Notes: generated by a model from the sequence alone, not told the origin. Shown: positions 1 to 9,951, counted from the stretch's first letter. The stretch: DNA of 64,000 nt from Akkermansiaceae bacterium (GCA_051251915.1 JBPOGF010000001.1:224001-288000); one strand, 5' to 3'. Made by a program: numbers and translations.

Positions 1-1569
1 TCCGCCGAGGAGCTGGTTCATGGCGCCGAAGAGTGGCCAGAGGATGACGCCGCCGGAGCCGGCTTTGCCGAGGAGGGTGGTGGCGCCGGGTTGGGCGGGG
101 ATGGCGGCGATGATGAAGGCGATGACGATGGCGATGATGGTGACTAGGTGTTTGTTGGTGAGTGGGTGGGGTTTGAGTTTGTGGATTTCTTCTTTGTAGA
201 CGAAGCATCCGATGAGTTCTTGGAGGACGTAGCGCTGGAGGCGGCAGGCTGTGTCTAGGGTGGTGGCTGCGAATGAGGCGACGAATACTCCCATGAGGGC
301 GAGTGAGAATCCTTTGCTGAAGCCGAGGGCGGCGAGGAAATTGCTGGCTCCTACGACGAAGGCGCTGACTTTGGGGCCGAGGCCTTGGGAGCTGCCCCAG
401 TCTGCGTATTTGGTGTTCCAGGCGTCTACTCCTGTGAGGAGTGTGCCGTCTGCGGTGGTGAATCCTAGGCCGAGTCCGGCGACGCAGGCGAGGATGACTA
501 GGACGGCGAGGAAGCCTTCGGTGAGCATGGAGCCGAAGCCTACGAACTTGGCGTCGGTCTCGCATTTGAGTTGCTTAGAGGAGGTGCCGGAGGAGACTAG
601 GCAGTGGAAGCCGGAGATGGCGCCGCAGGCGATGGTGACGAAGAGGAATGGGAAGATTAGGGGTAAGTTTTTGGCGGTGACGTTTTCTTCTAGTGCTGGG
701 GCGACGATTTCTAGTGGGGGACGGATTCCTCCTGCTTCAGTGGGGCTGCCGCCGAAGAGGCCGGCGTAGACTAGGCCTAGGACTACGAGGCCGAGGGCGG
801 AGATGAGCTGGAGGGAGTTGATGTAGTCTCGGGGTTGGAGGAGTGTCCAGACTGGGAGGACTGAGGCGATGTAGGAGTAGACTAGGAGGACTCCGACCCA
901 GGTCATGAGTGACCAGTTACTGAGGGTTTCATTGAATCCGTGGACGAGGCCGATGTCTCCGTAGATGACGGAGAGGTACATGATGATGAGGGAAATGATG
1001 GAGGGGATGAGGATGTTTAGGCCTTTTTTGTGGGCTAGGGTTCCGATGATGAGGGCGAGGGGGATCTGGATCATGCAGGGGGTGATGGCTGCGGGATACA
1101 TGCGGAAGACTACGGCGATGACGAGGCCGAAGATGGCTAGGACGAGGGTGAGTGCCATGAAGAGGATGAGGAGGAAGAGAAATCTTACCCGTGGGGTGAT
1201 GACTCTGCCTGCGATGTCGCCTACGGTTTGGCCTTTGTTTCTGAGGGAGACTACGAGGGAGCCGAGGTCATGGACTGCGCCGATGAAGATGGAGCCGAAT
1301 AGGACCCAGAGGAGTGCGGGGACCCAGCCCCACATGACGGCGAGGGCGGGGCCTACGATGGGGCCGGTGCCGGCGATGGAGGTGAAGTGGTGGCCGAAGA
1401 CGATGCCTTTGTTGGTGGGGACGTAGTCTTGCCCGTCTTCGAGCTCGATGGAGGGGACGCGGATGTTTTTTTCTAGTTTGAAAATTTTCTCACCGAGCCA
1501 TTTGCCGTAGGTGTTGTAGGCGATGATGTAGAGGATGAGCGATCCTAGTGCGATGGCGAGTGTTTGCAT
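1..1569 (-). CDS. cstA: Carbon starvation protein A family peptide/pyruvate transporter (3' end outside window)
   Basis: Not in the ORF track because it runs off the edge. Minus-strand ATG at 1569 reads MQTLAIALGSLILYIIAYNTYGKWL...DGQDYVPTNKGIVFGHHFTSIAGTGPIVGPALAVMWGWVPALLWVLFGSIFIGAVHD..., FVTIACGAISGFH, GFGSMLTEG: CstA signatures. Confidence 0.95.
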   Translation of the reverse strand, partial: MQTLAIALGSLILYIIAYNTYGKWLGEKIFKLEKNIRVPSIELEDGQDYVPTNKGIVFGHHFTSIAGTGPIVGPALAVMWGWVPALLWVLFGSIFIGAVHDLGSLVVSLRNKGQTVGDIAGRVITPRVRFLFLLILFMALTLVLAIFGLVIAVVFRMYPAAITPCMIQIPLALIIGTLAHKKGLNILIPSIISLIIMYLSVIYGDIGLVHGFNETLSNWSLMTWVGVLLVYSYIASVLPVWTLLQPRDYINSLQLISALGLVVLGLVYAGLFGGSPTEAGGIRPPLEIVAPALEENVTAKNLPLIFPFLFVTIACGAISGFHCLVSSGTSSKQLKCETDAKFVGFGSMLTEGFLAVLVILACVAGLGLGFTTADGTLLTGVDAWNTKYADWGSSQGLGPKVSAFVVGASNFLAALGFSKGFSLALMGVFVASFAATTLDTACRLQRYVLQELIGCFVYKEEIHKLKPHPLTNKHLVTIIAIVIAFIIAAIPAQPGATTLLGKAGSGGVILWPLFGAMNQLLGG

Positions 1570-1626
1570 TTCTTAGACATAGATGACTGGAAATACGAAA
1601 TCAACTATGAAGATGATCCCTGATTG

Positions 1627-1998
1627 TCATGAATCTTCGAGGTGCTCGTCGTCTGCTTCGCTTTGGTCGTCCTCGTGGTGTTCTTCTTGGATGATTTCGC
1701 CATTTTCTAGGGCTGCCATGCGGATGTGTTCTTCTTCGTGGGAGACGATTTGGAGGGTGGCGTTGATGCCTTCTCGGATGGCGGCGGCTTTGAGGACGTT
1801 GCGGATGGCGCTGGCTGTGAAGCCGTTTTTGCCGATGAGGATGGCGACGTCTTGCTGGGAGACGATGAGGCGGAATCGGATGAGTTTCTGGTCATCGCTG
1901 GCCTCGGCTACTCTGAGCTGGGCTTGGTCTGGCTGGGTGATGAATTGCAGTGCGATGAACTGGAGGAAGTTGCGCATTTGTTCAGTGACTTCTTGCAT
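1627..1998 (-). CDS. KH-domain RNA-binding protein (KhpA/UPF0109-like) with acidic His-containing tail
   Basis: DVAILIGKNGFTASAIRNVL = KH GxxG loop in a KH_4-type protein. Confidence 0.85.
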   Translation of the reverse strand: MQEVTEQMRNFLQFIALQFITQPDQAQLRVAEASDDQKLIRFRLIVSQQDVAILIGKNGFTASAIRNVLKAAAIREGINATLQIVSHEEEHIRMAALENGEIIQEEHHEDDQSEADDEHLEDS

Positions 1999-2074
1999 TT
2001 AGGTATTGTGAATCATGTGTGGGGATCTGCAATGATTATTATGGCAAATGAGGGGGTGGGAATTTACAGTGGGG

Positions 2075-2593
2075 GTTTTTATCACGGATATGACGAATGT
2101 TTTATTAATATGGTGTACGATGAAGCTTTTTATTGACTGCGAAATACATGGAAATTATGAAAGTTTTTTGGGTTGTGGGGGCTTGGGTTGATGGAGCTTT
2201 TGACCACGAATCTGCACGAATTTTCACGAATGGTGGACGATGAAGCCTTGGTTGATGGGTTTTTTAACCGCTGAAGGTGCTGGACTTGGGTTGATGAGAT
2301 GAAGCTTGGTTGATGGATTTTTTTGAACCACGGAAGGCTCTGAAAGCACGGAACTTGGTTGATGGAACGGGAACTTGGGTTGATGGAGCTTTTGACCTCG
2401 GATAGATACGAATTTTTACGAATGGTGGACGATGGAACTTTTTTAACAGAATTTCAAAATTGGGCAGAATTTTACTTGGGTTGATGAAATGGAGGCTGTT
2501 GATGGATTTTTTTGAACCACGGAAGGCTCTGAAAGCACGGAACTTGGTTGATGGAACGGGGGCTTGGGTTGATGGGATGGAATTTGGGGTGAT
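2075..2593. repeat. Modular intergenic repeat array: recurring linker (C)TTGG(G)TTGATG(G/A) separating variable modules
   Basis: About 10 linker copies between 2183 and 2575; an identical 63-bp block at 2309-2371 and 2498-2560; three related ...ACGAAT...GGTG(G/T)ACGATG modules at about 2077, 2198 and 2390. Confidence 0.9.
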
Positions 2594-2665
2594 GTGGGTG
2601 ATAAGTTTTGTGTATTCTGTGGAAAAATTACTCGTTTAAATGCTTTGATTCCGTATGGTCTTGGC

Positions 2666-3460
2666 ATGCGCTACGGAGAGAAATTACAGAAGAGAATGGT
2701 GGAGACTGGGTCTAGGTTGTGTGTGGGGCTTGATCCTAGGCCGGATGAGGCTGGGATAGAGGCGGTGCCGGAGTTTTTGGATCGGGTGGTGGGTGAGACT
2801 TGGGAGTATGCGGCGGCGTTTAAGCCGAATATGGCGTATTTTGAGGCGATGGGGATACGTGGGTTGGAGATTTTAGAGGAGCTACTGGGGAAGATGCCTA
2901 AGGAGGTGCCGGTGATTCTGGATGCGAAGCGGTCTGATATTGGTGAGACGCAGAAGTATTATGCGAAGAGTTATTTTGAGAATTGGGATGTGGATGCGGT
3001 GACGCTGAATCCGTTTTTGGGTTATGATACGCTGGAGCCGTTTTTGGATTGGGAGGGGAAGGGGATTTATGTGTTGGCGGTGACTTCTAATCCTGGGAGT
3101 GCGGACTTTATGAGGCAGAAGTTAGATCCGTCGGAACATGGTGATAGGTATGTGTTTGAGTTGGTGCAGGAGATTTGTAGTAGGGCGGCGGCTGAGAAGC
3201 GGAAGACGGATGTGGGGATGGTAGTGGGGTTGACGAATGCTAGTGAGGATGTGCTGGAGAGGGTGTTAGATTTTCCATTGTTGATTCCGGGGCTGGGTGC
3301 TCAGGGGGGGGATTTGAATAATATGGCTGGGAAGGGGAGGACTGCGCCGGATACGATTAATGTGTCGCGTGGGATTACTTATAAGGAGATGGAGAAGAGT
3401 TATGGGCAGAAGGCGAAGGAGTGGGCTGATAAGATAGCGGCGGCTTATCCGGTGTCCTGA
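2666..3460 (+). CDS. pyrF: Orotidine-5'-phosphate decarboxylase
   Basis: LCVGLDP, AAFKPNMAYFE, ILDAKRSDIGET, LLIPGLGAQGG, INVSRGI; likely start is ATG 2666 (ORF track extends to 2594). Confidence 0.96.
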   Translation: MRYGEKLQKRMVETGSRLCVGLDPRPDEAGIEAVPEFLDRVVGETWEYAAAFKPNMAYFEAMGIRGLEILEELLGKMPKEVPVILDAKRSDIGETQKYYAKSYFENWDVDAVTLNPFLGYDTLEPFLDWEGKGIYVLAVTSNPGSADFMRQKLDPSEHGDRYVFELVQEICSRAAAEKRKTDVGMVVGLTNASEDVLERVLDFPLLIPGLGAQGGDLNNMAGKGRTAPDTINVSRGITYKEMEKSYGQKAKEWADKIAAAYPVS

Positions 3461-3468
3461 TATTAAGG

Positions 3469-4530
3469 ATGATGTTAGATTCTCTGCGGTTGCAAAATTT
3501 CCGATGTTTTGATGCTCTTTCTATTGAGTTAGAGCGGGGGGGAGCTTTGTTTGTGGGGGATAATGCGCAGGGGAAGACTTCTATTTTGGAGGCGGTTTGT
3601 GTGTTGTTGCGGTTGAGTTCGCCTAGGGCAAAGCGGATGCAGCCGATGGTGAAGTTTGATGCTGAGCATGGTTTTGGGGTCGCGGGGGATGCTGGGGATA
3701 GGGCGCTACGGGTAAGTTTTTCTAAGGGGAAGGCGGTGATGAGTGTGGATGGTGAGGAGCTGGGGACGCAGACGGAGTATTTGCAGAGTAGTGGGCTGGT
3801 GGTGTGGATGGGGAATGAGGATGTGGAGTTGGTGAAGGGGAGTGGTGGTGTGAGGAGGCATTATTTGGATTTTCTTTGTTCGCAGATTGATGCGGGGTAT
3901 CGGGTGGCGTTGAGTCGGTATAGGCGGGTGCTGAAGGCTAGGAATTTGCTGTTGAAGGATGGCAGAAATAGGGATGGGGAGGTGAATGCTTATGGGGAGT
4001 TGTTGATAGAGTATGGAGATGTGTTAGGGGCTGTTAGAGAGCAGGTGGTGGGTGAGCTTTTGCCGAAGGCTGCGGCGGTGCAGGTGGCGATAAGTGGGAG
4101 AAATGAGGAGCTGGAGATGGAGTATATTTCAGGGAGTGGGGGTGATATGAGGCGTGCGCTGGAGACGACTTATGAGAGTGAGCGTAGGCAGAGGCAGACT
4201 GTGGCTGGGCCGCATAGGGATGAGGTGAAGTTGTTGATCAATGGGATGTCTGCGAGTGATTATGCGAGTGAGGGGCAGCAACGGACGATGGCGTTGGCGT
4301 TGAAGTTGGCGCAGGGTGAGATTTTGCGTGAGCGGGGTGGGAGGTTTCCGATTTATTTGTTGGATGATATTTTTGGGGAGTTGGATTCTGCGCGGAGGAA
4401 TGCGTTGATGAATCATTTGCCGGAGGACTCGCAGAAGTTGATCACGACGACGAATGTGGACTGGTTGAGTGGGGAGATGGGGTTGGAAGGGTGGAGTAGG
4501 TATAGGGTGAATGAGGGTGGGGTGTCATGA
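3469..4530 (+). CDS. recF: DNA replication/repair protein RecF
   Basis: LQNFRC, GDNAQGKTSILEA, GPHRDE, SEGQQRT, LLDDIFGELD. Confidence 0.96.
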   Translation: MMLDSLRLQNFRCFDALSIELERGGALFVGDNAQGKTSILEAVCVLLRLSSPRAKRMQPMVKFDAEHGFGVAGDAGDRALRVSFSKGKAVMSVDGEELGTQTEYLQSSGLVVWMGNEDVELVKGSGGVRRHYLDFLCSQIDAGYRVALSRYRRVLKARNLLLKDGRNRDGEVNAYGELLIEYGDVLGAVREQVVGELLPKAAAVQVAISGRNEELEMEYISGSGGDMRRALETTYESERRQRQTVAGPHRDEVKLLINGMSASDYASEGQQRTMALALKLAQGEILRERGGRFPIYLLDDIFGELDSARRNALMNHLPEDSQKLITTTNVDWLSGEMGLEGWSRYRVNEGGVS

Positions 4531-5207
4531 AGACGGCGTTTCCTGAGACGGTGAAGATTTTGGCTGGGCAGATAGCGGAGGCGCGGGTGGATCATGCTGC
4601 GTTTGAGGTGTTGTTGAGGCCTTGTGAGATGTCTAGGTGTAGGGCGACTTGTTGTTATGATGGGGTGCATGTTTCTGAGGAGGAGGCGGGGTATATTAGG
4701 GAGGTTGTTAGAGGTAAGTTTTCTGGGGTGTTAGATTTTGAGTCTGTGATTGTTTCTAGTGGGAAGGGGCAGAAGACGGCGACGCGTGAGGCGGTGGAGG
4801 GGGAGTTGGCGGTGGATTTTCCGGGGCATTTTGCGAGGACTCGGTGTGTGTTTTTGGATGGTGATGGGTATTGTGGGTTGCAGAAGTTGGCGATGGATGA
4901 GGGTGTGGATGCTTGGCAGCATAAGCCGTTGACTTGCTGGATGCATCCGTTGGTATTGGTGCCGGCTGGGAAGTGGGAGGATAGGCCGGTGTTGACGCTT
5001 GTGAATGCGGGGAATGATCCGCAGAAATCTGGTGAGTATGCGGGGTATGCGTCTTGCACGCATTGTGGGCGTGAGGATGCAGGTGGGAGGCCTGCTTGGC
5101 AGGTGTTAGAGGCGGAGCTGAGACGGTTGGGGGAGCTTTGTGGGCGGGATATTTATGGTGAGCTTAGTGCGGAGGAGGTGGAGTGGGTGATTGATGAGAG
5201 TTTATGA
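4527..5207 (+). CDS. Cysteine-cluster protein (DUF3109/YkgJ-like, probable Zn or Fe-S binding)
   Basis: CxxxxCxxxCCxDG, CVFL, CGLQ, KPLTCWMHP; overlaps recF stop (ATGA). Confidence 0.7.
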   Translation: MKTAFPETVKILAGQIAEARVDHAAFEVLLRPCEMSRCRATCCYDGVHVSEEEAGYIREVVRGKFSGVLDFESVIVSSGKGQKTATREAVEGELAVDFPGHFARTRCVFLDGDGYCGLQKLAMDEGVDAWQHKPLTCWMHPLVLVPAGKWEDRPVLTLVNAGNDPQKSGEYAGYASCTHCGREDAGGRPAWQVLEAELRRLGELCGRDIYGELSAEEVEWVIDESL

Positions 5208-5587
5208 AAGACGGACGATTGATATTTATTTATGGGACCTTGAGGAAGGGTGGGAGAGCTCATCATTTGATGAATGGTGCGGAGTTTGTGGGGTTTGGGT
5301 CTGTGGAGGGTGGGTTGGTGCATGTGGATCAGTATCCGGGGTTGTTGAAGCTGAAGGGGGAGCGGGTGAAGGGTGAAGTTTATAGGGTTAGTGAGGAGAT
5401 GGTACCTGGATTAGATCAGTATGAAGGGTGCTTTGAATCTCCGCCGCATTATGCACGTGAGAGGATCGATGTGGTGTTAGAAGGTGGGGAGGCTGTTGAG
5501 ACTGAGGTGTATCAGTTTTTGTTGCTTGAAGATCATCATGAGAGAATTGTTTCGGGTGATTGGTTTGATTGGTTGCAGGGCAATTAG
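5204..5587 (+). CDS. Gamma-glutamylcyclotransferase (AIG2/YtfP-like)
   Basis: IFIYGTLRKG, YPGL, VKGEVY, LDQYEG. Confidence 0.9.
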   Translation: MKDGRLIFIYGTLRKGGRAHHLMNGAEFVGFGSVEGGLVHVDQYPGLLKLKGERVKGEVYRVSEEMVPGLDQYEGCFESPPHYARERIDVVLEGGEAVETEVYQFLLLEDHHERIVSGDWFDWLQGN

Positions 5588-5619
5588 TGGTGGGTTTTGT
5601 TTTTGTAGGGGTGTTTTTT

Positions 5620-8364
5620 CTATAGTTTACGAATGCCTTTGAGTTCCTTTGCGGGGAGTGGTTTGCGGGTGGGTTTGAGTTCCTTTGTTGGTGTAGGTTT
5701 GGGGATGGGTGTTGGTTCTTTTGTTGGTGTAGGTTTGCGGGGGGGTATTTGTTCCCTTGTCGGTGTTGGTTTTCGGATGGGTTTTCGGGTGGGTTTTAGT
5801 TCTTGGGGTTGTTGTGGTTTTGGGGTGGGTCTTAGCTGTTGTGGTTGTTGTGGTTTGCGGATGTCTTCTATTACTTTTCTGGGTACTGGTTTGTTGGCGT
5901 CTTGTAGTCCGTTTGTTGAGTTGGTTTCTTTTATTTCTCTGTCTGGGGTTTGGATGAGGGGGCCTGAGCTTGGTCTGGCTTGTGGGTTGAATGTGCCTCC
6001 TCCGCTCCATGTGAGTGAGCCGCTGTGAATGGGGAGGATGCATTGTGGGTATCCGAAGCGGTTGAAGGATCTGCCTTGTGTTCGGCTTTGTTCTCTAAGG
6101 GTGCTCCATGATATGGAGGTGTTGAAGCTGCCTAGTGGCGTGGCGGATGAGTGGACGAAATCATGGTTTCTTCTTTTGGTTTTCATTCTGATCTCTAGGC
6201 CAGTTTGAGGGGTGTTGTAGGCTAGTAGGAGGTCGTCTGCGGTGTTTGTATCAAATTTTCCGAGGAGTGCTGGGAGTGTGTCTACTGCGGAGCCGTCTGG
6301 GTGTGTTTGTGTTTCTTTGGTGTATGAGTTGTTATAGATGTCTGCGTAGTATGTGGTGGTGACTAGGGCAGATTGTGAGTTTCTGGAGCGTAGTAGTAGG
6401 TCTGATTTGTAGTCTTGATTAAAGTCACCGACGATGGACGCTAGTGTGTCTACTGCGGTGCTTTCTGCTAGTTTTTGGATAAAGCGGGTGTAGTTTCCGT
6501 TTCCTATGGAGAGGAAGGTGATTAGTTGTAGTTGTCCTGAGTTTTTGTCTCTGTCTAGGATGATGAGGTCGGATTTTTTGTCTCTGTTGAAGTCGCCGAC
6601 GTGTGAGCGGATGTTTTGGGTGTTGATCCATCCGTTGTAGGTGTATTCTCGGTATTGGAATGTGCCGTCTCCGTTGGAGATGCGGGTTCTAATTTTGAAT
6701 CCTTCTGGGCCTTGCCACCAGTATATGAGGTCTGTTTTTTTATCTCCATTTACGTCTGCGGCGTGAAGTCTAACGGTGCCGTTGACGAGGATTCCGCTGC
6801 CGTCACCGGCTATAAACTCGGTGGGGGTGAATGTGCCGTTGCCATTGGAGAAGCAGGTGAGGAGCTTGAGGCCTTGTGTGGGGTGTTGGTGGCTGAGTAT
6901 GATGTCTGAGTATCCGTCTCCATTGACATCTCCTATTATTGGGTTTGCGGAGTCGTAGCTGTGGTTGTAGTTGAGGTTTTGGATTATTTTGGTGAAGCTT
7001 CCTTGTCCGTCTGAGAGGAGGGTGATGAAGTTGATGGTGGAGTTTGGTAGTCTTTCCATGAGGAGGAGGTCTGATTCTTTGTATTGGTCAAAGTATCCTG
7101 AGAGCATGGGGGTAAGGTCTGATTTTTCGCTGAGGTTAAGGGGGTATACGTGTGGGGTGAATGTTCCGTCTTTGTTGGAGAGTGCGGTTCTGATTTCTAG
7201 TTGGTTGCTGCTGGTGCGGACACGGAGGGCGACGTCGCTCCAGTTGTCTGCGTTGATGTCTAGTGGGTATTTGAGTGTTGGGAGGTGGTTGGTTTTTACG
7301 CCCACGGCCTGAGAGAATGCGGCATCGATGTGCATGATGCCTGAGCCGACGGTTTTGTTGAGAAGGTCTGCGTCATTGAAGGCTCCTCCCATGTATGTGT
7401 GCTCGTAGTTTAGCCAGTGTTGTTTGTACCATCCGAGGTCTGTGTTGCTGTTTTTCCAAGTGAATGCGCGAATTGATTTTTTGAGGTCTTTTGCGACCAT
7501 GCCACCGCTGTGCAGGATGTAGACGAAGAGGTTTTCTCTGAGGTGTGGTGGGAATGTGACGTCCATGTTCACTTTCCAGCAGTATTTGCTATTGTCGTGG
7601 GGGTTGATGGTGGTGCTGTTGTTTTCGTAGACTTCTAGGTATTGTTCTGTGGAGATGGGTTTGTATTCGTATTTAGGGTTTTTGCAGACTGGGTCGTAGC
7701 CTTGGACGACCATGGGGACTTTGGCAAAGGATGAAGTTTGTCTAATTCTGCTGGCTAGGCGGAACATGAGGGCGCCGCCTCTGCTTTGACCAGCGAGGAC
7801 GATGATTTCTAGGTTTGCTGGGTTTACTCTTGAGGTTAGGAAGTTGTAGTAGGCTGTTTCGCGGCGTTTTTTTTCGTTTTCTGTTATGAAGTAGCCAAAT
7901 TGGGCATCGCAGGCGAGGAGGAAGAGGGTGGATTCTTTTGGGAATTTCCCGGAGGTTATTAATTTGGAGGCTAGTGATTTTGCATTTAGTTCCATTGTGG
8001 CTTCTTTTCTTAGGTCATTCACCATGAGGTTTTTATAGTTGTCTGGCTGGCCTGTTAGGACGTTGGTGTATCCTTTGTTGTAGTTTTCGCTGAGGATGTG
8101 GTCTTCTCCGAATGGGTCGTCTGTTTGCTGGCCTGCGGAGATGAATACGACTCTTTTAACGTCTTCTTTAGCTGGGGCGCTGACAATGGAGAGGAAGGTT
8201 TTTTTGATGGCGGAATTACTAACTCCTGCGGCTCTCCATTCTGGGAAGTGTGGGTGGTCGCTGAGGTTCGTTGCGAGTTTCATTAATGTGACTTCTTCAT
8301 CTGGCTTAGCTAGTTGGGTGAAACTTAGAGCAAGTAGTAGGTATGTTAGGAAATATTTTTTCAT
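5620..8364 (-). CDS. Secreted protein: alpha/beta-hydrolase-like domain + FG-GAP/VCBS repeats + Pro/Lys/Thr-rich tail
   Basis: Signal peptide; LAGQSRGG nucleophile elbow; GDVNGDGYSD, ADVNGDKKTD, GDFNRDKKSD, GDFNQDYKSD repeats; KPTPTKE-type tail. Confidence 0.8.
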   Translation of the reverse strand: MKKYFLTYLLLALSFTQLAKPDEEVTLMKLATNLSDHPHFPEWRAAGVSNSAIKKTFLSIVSAPAKEDVKRVVFISAGQQTDDPFGEDHILSENYNKGYTNVLTGQPDNYKNLMVNDLRKEATMELNAKSLASKLITSGKFPKESTLFLLACDAQFGYFITENEKKRRETAYYNFLTSRVNPANLEIIVLAGQSRGGALMFRLASRIRQTSSFAKVPMVVQGYDPVCKNPKYEYKPISTEQYLEVYENNSTTINPHDNSKYCWKVNMDVTFPPHLRENLFVYILHSGGMVAKDLKKSIRAFTWKNSNTDLGWYKQHWLNYEHTYMGGAFNDADLLNKTVGSGIMHIDAAFSQAVGVKTNHLPTLKYPLDINADNWSDVALRVRTSSNQLEIRTALSNKDGTFTPHVYPLNLSEKSDLTPMLSGYFDQYKESDLLLMERLPNSTINFITLLSDGQGSFTKIIQNLNYNHSYDSANPIIGDVNGDGYSDIILSHQHPTQGLKLLTCFSNGNGTFTPTEFIAGDGSGILVNGTVRLHAADVNGDKKTDLIYWWQGPEGFKIRTRISNGDGTFQYREYTYNGWINTQNIRSHVGDFNRDKKSDLIILDRDKNSGQLQLITFLSIGNGNYTRFIQKLAESTAVDTLASIVGDFNQDYKSDLLLRSRNSQSALVTTTYYADIYNNSYTKETQTHPDGSAVDTLPALLGKFDTNTADDLLLAYNTPQTGLEIRMKTKRRNHDFVHSSATPLGSFNTSISWSTLREQSRTQGRSFNRFGYPQCILPIHSGSLTWSGGGTFNPQARPSSGPLIQTPDREIKETNSTNGLQDANKPVPRKVIEDIRKPQQPQQLRPTPKPQQPQELKPTRKPIRKPTPTREQIPPRKPTPTKEPTPIPKPTPTKELKPTRKPLPAKELKGIRKL
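5630..5860 (-). repeat. Intragenic low-complexity repeat encoding the (K/R)PT(P/R)K tail
   Basis: Repeated ggtttgcgggtgggtttgagttcc / tttgttggtgtaggttt blocks; translation KPTRKP...KPTPTKE. Confidence 0.8.
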
Positions 8365-8574
8365 ATTGTTCTTATCAAGAAAGAATTAAATTATTATGAC
8401 AGGTTCTTATATGGTTTACGTAGTTAGGGGTCAAGGTGTATGTTTTTATGGGAGTTTTCCTTGTTGTATAAGTCATTATTTTCACAAGGGAGTACCTCAA
8501 TAAAACTTGTTCATTACAAGTTGTGATGCTAGCAACCTGTGGGTATATTATGTGAGATCATGTTAGTAGAAGAT

Positions 8575-9951
8575 ATGAAATTTAGAGTGAGTGTTGGTTT
8601 TGTAGCATCCTTGTTTGCGATAGGGGGATGTAGTCCTGTGCCGATGACTTCGCTTGAGCGGGTGGAGCCGATTGTGGCGGCGGGGATAGAGTATCAGGGG
8701 GCGGGTGGTGCTTCTTATGCGGGGAGTTCGGTTTGGTGGAGGAGTTTTTCTGATGGGAGATTGAATAGTGATGTGGAGGCGGCGTTGGCGGGGAATTTGT
8801 TGCAGCGGCAGTTTAGTGCACGGATTGATCAGGCTGCGGCGTTGTTGCAGAAGGAGCAGGCTGCGTTGTTTCCTAAGTTGAATCTAACAGGTTCTGGTGG
8901 GGTGGACTTGGAGAATCCTGATGCGCTTGAGGGGACGGCTTCTTTGGGTGGGTTGTTTTCATGGGAGGTGGATGTTTTTGGGCGGATTCGGCAGGGGGTG
9001 AGGGCTAGTGAGGAGGATTATAGGGCTTCGATTCAGGATTGGCTGGGTGGTAGGTTGGTGCTTTCTGCGGCGGTGGCTGAGACGCGGTTTTTAGCGATAG
9101 AACAGAGGCAGCGGATTGATCTTTTGAGGCAGCAGTTGGAAACGAATGAGACGCTGAAGGAGTTGGTGCAGTTGCGGGTGGCGCAGGGGATTTCATCGCG
9201 GGTGGATTTGCTTCAGCAGGAGCGGCAGATGGATGCGGTGCGGAGTTTGCTTCCTGAGGCTGAGGCGGAGTTGGTGGCGGCGGAGTATGCGCTGGATGTG
9301 TTGGTTGGGAAGTCTCCGGGTTCGAGGGGGAGGGATGGTCGCAGGTTGTTGCCGGGGTTACCGGGGAAACCTGGGTTGGGGGTGCCTTCTGGGTTGTTGC
9401 TTAATAGGCCTGATTTGTTGGCGCAGTGGCATAGGATAAGGGCGATAGATGCGCGGGTGGCGCAGGCTTTGACTGAGAGGTTGCCGAGGGTGACTTTGGG
9501 AGTATCGCTGGATGGTGGGGTGATTCAGAGTGCGGGTGCTTTGTTGAGTTCGCTGATAGCGGAGGCTGCGATGCCGGTGCTGGATGGTGGTGAGAGGCGT
9601 GCGGAGGTGAAGTTTAGAAGGGCGGAGTTGGAGGCGGCTTTGTCTGAGTATTCACATCGTTATTTAGAGGCGGTGAGGGATGTGGAGACGGCGGTTGTTA
9701 GAGAGCGGAAGCAGGCGGATAGGATTCGTCTAACAGGTCGTCAGCTGGAGACGGCTAGGGAGACGCTTAAGGAGACTCGGGTAAGGTATAGTCAGGGGTT
9801 GAGTGATTATTTACCAGTGATCGATGCGCTGCGGGTGGTGCAGGATTTGGAGTTGTCGATGGTGACGCTTCGGAGACAGAGTTTGAGTATACGGGTGGGT
9901 ATCCACCGTGCTATAGGAGGGCCTATGCCGAGGGTGCAGGCTGGAAAATAA
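8575..9951 (+). CDS. Outer-membrane efflux lipoprotein (TolC/NodT family)
   Basis: Lipobox IGGC, WWRSFSD, SWEVDVFGRIR, LLLNRPDL; first gene of the RND operon; probable start ATG 8575. Confidence 0.9.
   Translation: MKFRVSVGFVASLFAIGGCSPVPMTSLERVEPIVAAGIEYQGAGGASYAGSSVWWRSFSDGRLNSDVEAALAGNLLQRQFSARIDQAAALLQKEQAALFPKLNLTGSGGVDLENPDALEGTASLGGLFSWEVDVFGRIRQGVRASEEDYRASIQDWLGGRLVLSAAVAETRFLAIEQRQRIDLLRQQLETNETLKELVQLRVAQGISSRVDLLQQERQMDAVRSLLPEAEAELVAAEYALDVLVGKSPGSRGRDGRRLLPGLPGKPGLGVPSGLLLNRPDLLAQWHRIRAIDARVAQALTERLPRVTLGVSLDGGVIQSAGALLSSLIAEAAMPVLDGGERRAEVKFRRAELEAALSEYSHRYLEAVRDVETAVVRERKQADRIRLTGRQLETARETLKETRVRYSQGLSDYLPVIDALRVVQDLELSMVTLRRQSLSIRVGIHRAIGGPMPRVQAGK

Noticed and set aside
251..2136. 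Plus-strand ORFs 251-769, 965-1426, 1583-2002, 1726-2136
   Set aside because: Antisense shadows of cstA and the KH gene; no motifs
2075..2593. CRISPR array or TIGR-type guide array
   Set aside because: The linker is only about 12 nt with irregular spacing, the intervening modules are internally repetitive and duplicated, there is no fixed period, and no cas or Nop-domain gene is in the window
2443..2667. 74-aa minus-strand ORF
   Set aside because: Translation of the repeat array; low complexity
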